Below are positions 58,605-64,000 of a DNA stretch of 64,000 bases, one piece after another. Both the position numbers and the translations under genes were made by a program. How positions within the stretch are numbered: position 1 is the first letter of the stretch; each line of letters starts with the position of its first letter. The DNA comes from Candidatus Woesebacteria bacterium. Its GTDB lineage: Bacteria > Patescibacteriota > Microgenomatia > UBA1400 > PJMF01. The stretch is from assembly GCA_050123235.1 (NCBI GenBank), contig JASFHL010000002.1, forward strand, positions 15,326 to 79,325, read 5' to 3'. The notes below the pieces were generated by a model. That model did not search any database. It was not told the DNA's origin and was given only the letters and a program-made list of their open reading frames with translations.

Positions 58605-59016
58605 TATCAGTGTCGCTATTTATTGACAAGTCCATTTTACAACTAAATTTGCTTAAAAGCAGGGTGGGAATTGTGGATTTTTCAAAAATTACTGCTCGGG
58701 AAATAGACACAAACATTAAAACTGGAATCTTTTAACTCAATCATTTCTTCACTAGAATCTAATAAGGAAAAATACTGTCTAGACAAGTATTTATCTTTGA
58801 ATTTCTCATAATCCTTAACTTCACAATCAAGATATCCCTTCTCTAAATGTTCAGAATCAAATACCCTAACTCGACAATGATCTATTGAGCATAAATTGAA
58901 ACATAATCTATTCCACTTGCTAAATCCTCCTGGTCAACATTACAAGCAAGCATTGCCATCGCTTCAGAAACTATCTTGGTAAATGTAGTAAGAAGTTTTT
59001 TACTTAACATCTAAGC

Positions 59017-59511
59017 TTGTGTAAATTTCTGTTTAATTTTATCATTTTTGTGGATGGACAAAGAATAGTGCGAGAAATTATAGAAATGCCAGAGGGTGTT
59101 TTGATTTTGCCTATAACAGATGATGGAAAAATTGTTTTGACCCAGGAATTTCGCCATAATCACGGTTTAACTTATGGTGTACCGATGGGTAAAAAGGACC
59201 CGGACGAAAAACCTTTAGAGGCTGCTAAACGAGAATTAATGGAAGAAGTCGGCTTATCAGCCAAAAAATGGACTCACATCAGTCGACATCACAATGGAAT
59301 TCATGAAGAAGGTCTCAACCACTACTATGTAGCCGAGGGACTAAGTCAAGGCAAAGCCAACCCGGAAGATGATGAATATATTCAACAGATTGAAATGAGT
59401 TTTGAAAACGCTTTCAAGCTTATGAGACAAAATAAAATTGTTGAAGTTAGAAGCCGTGGATGTATTTGGGCGGCATATATTTATATTTTGAGTGGGCAAA
59501 CTTTTTGCTAA
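59017..59511 (+). CDS. NUDIX hydrolase (ADP-ribose pyrophosphatase-like)
   Basis: Nudix box 'GKKDPDEKPLEAAKRELMEEVGL'. The start may be the internal Met at 59086. Confidence 0.75.
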   Translation: MCKFLFNFIIFVDGQRIVREIIEMPEGVLILPITDDGKIVLTQEFRHNHGLTYGVPMGKKDPDEKPLEAAKRELMEEVGLSAKKWTHISRHHNGIHEEGLNHYYVAEGLSQGKANPEDDEYIQQIEMSFENAFKLMRQNKIVEVRSRGCIWAAYIYILSGQTFC

Positions 59512-59769
59512 AATAATACTAAATAATCTGGATGAGTAAACAATTTAAATTATAAATCATCAAGTAGTACGAACTTCAGTCAAACATTTCATTAATCTAT
59601 TTGTTGAAGTATCACCAAAATCCCCTTGGATCAGTTGTTTCTTGACTTTCTTTAATAATTTAGTTCTCTCTGCTACAAATCGCTTTTCAATGTCTTTAAT
59701 AGCAGAAATATTATTTGATCTAGTTTATATCATTTTATATAAATTACTGTGCATTTCTGTTACTTTTTG

Positions 59770-59840
59770 AGCGGGTGACCAGAATCGAACTGGCCTCTTC
59801 TCCTTGGAAGGGAGATATACTACCGATGTACTACACCCGC
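59770..59840 (-). tRNA. tRNA-Gly (anticodon TCC)
   Basis: Manual fold: acceptor GCGGGTG/CACCCGC, anticodon loop CUUCCAA, T-loop TTCGATT. Confidence 0.8.
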
Positions 59841-59911
59841 ATTAAAAACAAAAATTAAAATTTCAAAGTTAACTTTTTAATTTTAACATAAACCAGTCAA
59901 AATCGCCTTTT

Positions 59912-60904
59912 TTAAGAATCACCACTTTTTTCTACTGCATTTCTAAAAGCCTGATACTGCACTGTTGGTTGATCATTTCTATCAATAAAACCAAATAAAG
60001 CAAATGGCCCAGGGTCACCTTTCAATAAAAACGGGGTCACTGCCATCACTTGCGGATTGGACCAAATATGCTGCATGGCATAAAGATAATAACTTTCCAG
60101 CCATTTAGCTGTAGCGGCATTAGCTACCCAACCTGTTTCACTGATCACTACTTGGAAATCTTTACCTGTTTTTTCCTTCAAATAGGCCAATTCATGTAAA
60201 AAGCCCCTCAAAGAATTCTTAGCTGTTTTTTCTGGAGAAGAGCTAAAACCAGGGTTAGGGTAAGAGTGAGAATTCCATAAATCTATCACTGAAAAAACCT
60301 CCTTGTCATAGTCATACATTTGATCTAAATAGTTAAAGGCCTCCATGGTCTGACTACCATTAGGGGCTGCTAAATCCATAGCTGCTGGTAAAACCACATA
60401 GTTTTTAGCTTCTGTATGGGCCCAATTACTGGTAAAAGTCAAAATTCTACTATAAGACTGAGCATCGATTTCACCACCCCATTCTTTAGCGTGATTGACC
60501 TCATTAAACACAATAATATATCTTTTATCAGTTGGCCAATCTAAATCACTCAAAAAATCCATTAAATCAATGATTTCTTTTTTGCTAGGAATCTTCCAAG
60601 CATTGTTTTCTAGCTTAGTAGCTAAACGTACAATAGGAATAATTTTTTCTTTTTTTGATTTATCAAAAAAATCTTGCCATTCAGCTTTTTTATCAAGATC
60701 ATTTAAGGAAAGGGGAATGGTCACATAATACCAGTCATCATTTTTATCACTTTCAATTAAATCTTTAGCTTGATCAATTTCCCCAGGATTTAAAATATGC
60801 ACCCCTAAAACTTGACCTTCTCTGGCATAAACCTGACTCACTAAATTAAATAGTGAAAAACAGCTCAAGAATGCTAGTAAAAATAACTTTTTTAAAATCC
60901 TCAT
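59912..60904 (-). CDS. Secreted clan GH-A (TIM-barrel) glycoside hydrolase-like protein
   Basis: Signal peptide. 'FNEVNH' is a candidate acid/base site and 'ISETGW' a candidate nucleophile; both are hallmark clan-A spacing motifs (GH5/26/113-like). Confidence 0.55.
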   Translation of the reverse strand: MRILKKLFLLAFLSCFSLFNLVSQVYAREGQVLGVHILNPGEIDQAKDLIESDKNDDWYYVTIPLSLNDLDKKAEWQDFFDKSKKEKIIPIVRLATKLENNAWKIPSKKEIIDLMDFLSDLDWPTDKRYIIVFNEVNHAKEWGGEIDAQSYSRILTFTSNWAHTEAKNYVVLPAAMDLAAPNGSQTMEAFNYLDQMYDYDKEVFSVIDLWNSHSYPNPGFSSSPEKTAKNSLRGFLHELAYLKEKTGKDFQVVISETGWVANAATAKWLESYYLYAMQHIWSNPQVMAVTPFLLKGDPGPFALFGFIDRNDQPTVQYQAFRNAVEKSGDS

Positions 60905-61029
60905 TCTAATATTATAGGATATATTAACCTCAAGTATTTGTCAAGTAGCAAGCTTATAAATAATTTGCTAGAATAGACTTATCACAAGATAAAAAATTTT
61001 GCGATCAATCTGCCTTAAGCTCAAATTTT

Positions 61030-61743
61030 ATGAAAAAATTATTTTTTGCTTATGCCTGGTTACTTTTGAGCACTGGTACTATTCTAACAGGTATTGCTGG
61101 GATTAACTTCTTTTATTTAACTCAGAATAAACAGACTCAAAATCAAGAAGAAGAGCTGCAATCTCCACATGTGCAAATTTTTGAAAAAAATGAAAGTGAA
61201 CAGGGTGAGGTGAAAGGTGTAGAGACTATTATCGAAAGCGATGATGCTCGAGCGATCATTGTTGCTAATTTTTTAAAACGTTATAATTCTCCACTTAAGC
61301 CCTATGAGCATTATGGCCGTGTATTAGTTGAAATTGCTGATAAGTATGAGATTGATTTTAGATTACTGCCAGCCATCATGATGCAAGAAAGTAATCTTTG
61401 TAAAAAAGCTCCAGCAGGTTCTTATAATTGTCTAGGTTTTGGCATTCATGAAAAAGGTACTCTTACTTTTAATTCATATGAAGAAAGTTTTGATCGAGCG
61501 GCTAGAGAGCTTAAAAAGTACTATATTGACCAAGGCCGGCTTACTACAGAAGATATTATGAAAAAATATACGCCTCATAGTGATGGCAGTTGGGCTAATT
61601 CTGTGAATCAATGGATGGCAGAAATGAAATTTGATGATCGAAGTCTGGGAAAAGAAAAGAAAACTAATGCTAATGTTTTAGAATATGCCCAAGCAAGTGA
61701 AAGTGCAGAACCAAGCGTGACCCCTATTGTTGAAAAAAAATAG
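61030..61743 (+). CDS. Membrane-anchored lysozyme-like/lytic transglycosylase-like protein
   Basis: N-terminal TM helix. 'LLPAIMMQESNL...AGSYNCLGFG' resembles the SLT catalytic Glu-Ser motif. Confidence 0.45.
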   Translation: MKKLFFAYAWLLLSTGTILTGIAGINFFYLTQNKQTQNQEEELQSPHVQIFEKNESEQGEVKGVETIIESDDARAIIVANFLKRYNSPLKPYEHYGRVLVEIADKYEIDFRLLPAIMMQESNLCKKAPAGSYNCLGFGIHEKGTLTFNSYEESFDRAARELKKYYIDQGRLTTEDIMKKYTPHSDGSWANSVNQWMAEMKFDDRSLGKEKKTNANVLEYAQASESAEPSVTPIVEKK

Positions 61744-61896
61744 ATTGATATCTTCCGATATATTTTGACAATCTTATAATTTTATGTTACAGTATTATTA
61801 CCTCAGAAGGTCCTCCCTCACCGGGAATCGTTCTGAGAATAAAGAGTCCCGATTGATTATTGATTTCGGGATTTTTTATTTCTCCCATTTCTAAAT

Positions 61897-61983
61897 TGGT
61901 GCCGAAGGAGGGACTTGAACCCTCACCCCATAAATAGGACACGGTTCTAAGCCGTGCGCGTCTACCAATTCCGCCACTTCGGC
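61897..61983 (-). tRNA. tRNA-Leu (anticodon TAG), long variable arm, CCA encoded
   Basis: Manual fold: acceptor GCCGAAG/CTTCGGC, anticodon loop CUUAGAA, variable arm about 15 nt, 3' ACCA. Confidence 0.85.
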
Positions 61984-62041
61984 TTTTTAGGCACAAATAT
62001 TATACTTCACATTAGTCATCTTTTTGCAGTAAGATTAGTCT

Positions 62042-62644
62042 ATGAACGAAAGTCAAAGTAGTGGGCAGATTAATCCAGCACCAATTAATCCTACCTCCAC
62101 TGTAGCTCCCAAAGCTCCATCTACACCTCAAGCTAGCATGCCTGCAAATAGTCAAACTCAGCCAGGCAATGAACAAGCAGCTCAAAGTCAAGATCCTAAC
62201 CAACCATCAACTTTTAAAGGAAAAGTTCAACTTTTACTTATCAATTTGATAGATTATATAAAATCTCACTTTGACAAAATTATTGTCATTATTCTTACTA
62301 TCCAAGGTTTGAGAGGTTTAATTACTTCTGTCAAATTTATCATGATTGAATATCCAATCTTGGAAGAGCAATTGGCTAGTCATCAAATTACTCAAGAACA
62401 AATTAATATTTTTGCCAATAAAGCAATTGTCATGCTCACAACTACAGTTTTGAGCATGTTTTTTGCTCTAAGAATTTCTCTAGTACAAAGTCAAATAGCA
62501 AAAAAAGTCAACTCTGCTCTTGGGGTGCTAGTTATTATTTTGGATAGATACATCAATATATATCTGACTGAAATTGGCTCAGCTCAAATCATTACTAATT
62601 TATCTATATCTTTGGTGAATTTAGTTAAAAATCTTTCTCAATAA
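62042..62644 (+). CDS. Hypothetical membrane protein with Pro/Gln/Ser-rich N-terminus
   Basis: About 65-aa low-complexity N-terminus followed by 3 predicted TM helices. Confidence 0.4.
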   Translation: MNESQSSGQINPAPINPTSTVAPKAPSTPQASMPANSQTQPGNEQAAQSQDPNQPSTFKGKVQLLLINLIDYIKSHFDKIIVIILTIQGLRGLITSVKFIMIEYPILEEQLASHQITQEQINIFANKAIVMLTTTVLSMFFALRISLVQSQIAKKVNSALGVLVIILDRYINIYLTEIGSAQIITNLSISLVNLVKNLSQ

Positions 62645-62684
62645 AAAGCAGTTTAAGTCTTGGTTATAATATCCCTATGAAATT

Positions 62685-63458
62685 ATGTGGAAAAAATTTT
62701 TATTTTTAAACTCTCGAGAAGAAAAAATTAAACCGCTGGACTTTAAATATCAGCATCGTGCTTCTTTAAGAGCTAAAAACTTGACTATCAAGATTAATCA
62801 GCGTGGTCAGGTAATTGTGGTCACACCCAAAAATTTCTCCAAAAAAAAGCTTAATAAGTTTTTAAGAGAAAAACAAAGCTGGATTAAAAAAAAACTCAAA
62901 CAAATCAAAGCAGCAAGAACAAAAATTTCCCAGCAAGAATTAATGATTTTTGGTAAAAAATATCAAAAAAAAGTTGAATTTAATCAAAAACGTGCCTCAG
63001 GTTTTTTTATTAAAGGTCAAGATATAATTTTGAATTTAATTAATCAAACAGCCTTAGAAAAAGATCAATTAAAGGCAAGCAGTGATCTTCATCTAAAATA
63101 TTTTCAAAAAACTATTAATCAAAAACGGCTTAATCGATTTTTAAAAAACACCGCTGAAAAATATATTATCCCTCGAACTCACCAACTGGCTAAAAAAATG
63201 GCTATCAGATTTAAGAGAATTTCGCTAAGAGAACAAAAAACTAGATGGGGCAGTTGTTCAAGCAAAGGGAATTTAAATTTTAACTGGCGCTTAATCCATT
63301 ATTCCCCTGAGATTATTGACTATGTCATTATTCACGAATTAGCTCACAGAAAAGAAATGAATCACTCTAGAAAATTCTGGCAACTAGTGGCTAAATATGA
63401 CCCTGAATATCCCAAACATAGAGGATTTTTGAAAAGACATGGTGTTAACTTAGATTAA
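62685..63458 (+). CDS. YgjP/DUF45-like (M48-type) metal-dependent hydrolase
   Basis: 'VIIHELAHRKEMNHSRKFWQLV' is the HEXXH...H..FW signature of the YgjP family. Confidence 0.7.
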   Translation: MWKKFLFLNSREEKIKPLDFKYQHRASLRAKNLTIKINQRGQVIVVTPKNFSKKKLNKFLREKQSWIKKKLKQIKAARTKISQQELMIFGKKYQKKVEFNQKRASGFFIKGQDIILNLINQTALEKDQLKASSDLHLKYFQKTINQKRLNRFLKNTAEKYIIPRTHQLAKKMAIRFKRISLREQKTRWGSCSSKGNLNFNWRLIHYSPEIIDYVIIHELAHRKEMNHSRKFWQLVAKYDPEYPKHRGFLKRHGVNLD

Positions 63459-63465
63459 GCAAAAC

Positions 63466-63693
63466 TTGTCTTTATCTCCTAAGCTATGTCATACTATCAT
63501 TATGAATATCCGCAACCCTTTCAAACCAAAACCTAGCCTTAAAAAAAAGCTCAGTGGCAGTTTACATTTAAAACCAAAACTTTGTACTAAAGCCAAGATC
63601 TTTTGCTTGTTAATTCAGATATTTCTGTATATTGCTATTTTTATAGCAGGCTATACCGTGGCAAAAATACAAACTCTTTTCAATCTTATCTGA
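63466..63693 (+). CDS. Hypothetical small membrane protein
   Basis: 75 aa with a C-terminal TM helix. ORF only. Confidence 0.25.
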   Translation: MSLSPKLCHTIIMNIRNPFKPKPSLKKKLSGSLHLKPKLCTKAKIFCLLIQIFLYIAIFIAGYTVAKIQTLFNLI

Positions 63694-63696
63694 TAA

Positions 63697-64000
63697 TATG
63701 ATTACTATCCTTCATGGCGATAATACTATTAAGTCTAGAGAAAAGTTAGTGGAGATCATTAATGCTGCTAAAGGAAAAAATATCAAGATTATTAGATTAG
63801 AGGCAAAAAAACTAACTGAGCCTAGATTAGAGGAGAATTTACTTAGTGAAAGTCTTTTTCTTGATTCAAAATTAGTTATTATCGAAGAATTGCATTCATT
63901 GCCTAGAAGCAAAAAGAAAAATAATTTAATAGACATGATAGCTAAATCAAAAACTGAGATCGTGCTATGGGAAAAACGCCAATTAACAGCCACTATGCTG
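63697..64000 (+). CDS. holA: Probable DNA polymerase III delta subunit (HolA), N-terminal part; runs off the window end
   Basis: ATG at 63697, then 'MITILHGDNTIKSREKLVEIIN...', which resembles HolA N-termini ('MIYLLYGED..'). The frame is open to the window end. The antisense 93-aa track ORF here is probably spurious. Confidence 0.4.

Noticed and set aside
61787-61996. 69-aa - strand ORF
   Set aside because: It overlaps tRNA-Leu(TAG) at 61897-61983 and the terminator hairpins downstream of it. The tRNA explains the region.
63712-63993. 93-aa - strand ORF at the window end
   Set aside because: The opposite strand reads as a plausible HolA-like N-terminus starting at an ATG with an open frame to the window end. 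The - strand ORF is hydrophobic junk typical of the antisense of AT-rich coding sequence.
1-64000. Alternative genetic code (UGA=Gly, code 25) as in some CPR lineages
   Set aside because: Very long ORFs (946, 985 and 1161 aa) are intact under the standard code, and genes end in TAA/TAG/TGA at sensible positions. There is no evidence of TGA recoding.
1-64000. CRISPR arrays, restriction-modification, toxin-antitoxin or phage genes
   Set aside because: I saw no short direct-repeat/spacer arrays and no Cas, integrase, transposase, capsid or terminase-like ORFs. The only tandem repeats are the in-frame 21-nt units at 31979-32125.

Overview
This is an AT-rich (roughly one-third GC) bacterial window that is gene-dense and uses standard stop codons; TGA is not recoded, since ORFs of 946, 985 and 1161 aa are intact. 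It is dominated by housekeeping genes and contains a split, inverted division/cell-wall (dcw) region. mraZ(partial)-rsmH-ftsL-ftsI lie on the + strand at 1-3210. murB-X-murA-mraY-ftsW-murG-ftsQ-ftsA-X-ftsZ lie on the - strand at 22284-10671. Between the two halves are parB, rplU/rpmA, a second SEDS gene and ileS. The rest is a polysaccharide-surface cluster (Wzx-like, GT2, O-antigen-ligase-like, Ig-like protein), a gatCAB operon interrupted by NUDIX and MazG-like genes, dnaE, a split transketolase, fpg, secA, serS, a class-I LysRS, greA, efp, a family-X polymerase, three NUDIX genes and six tRNA genes, all on the - strand. Eukaryote/archaeal-type aminoacyl-tRNA synthetases (type-2 IleS, class-I LysRS), the split transketolase and the small reduced repertoire resemble a Patescibacteria/CPR-like or similarly reduced genome; this is an inference. 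No CRISPR array, transposase, integrase or rRNA was seen. The most unusual items are: (i) a 478-aa bitopic protein and a 248-aa cytoplasmic protein inserted into otherwise conserved ftsA-ftsZ and murA-murB junctions; (ii) a GC-rich ~150-nt island between serS and secA carrying an SD+ATG 39-codon hydrophobic mini-ORF, or an sRNA, ending in a strong intrinsic terminator; (iii) a strong terminator hairpin about 20 nt upstream of the ileS start codon, preceded by a T-box-like 'GGUUGGUACC' element; (iv) a tandem pair of diverged paralogues of unknown function next to tRNA-Lys; (v) a large RNA methyltransferase sitting between rplU and rpmA where Prp normally sits. None of these can be assigned to a known defence or mobile system from sequence alone.
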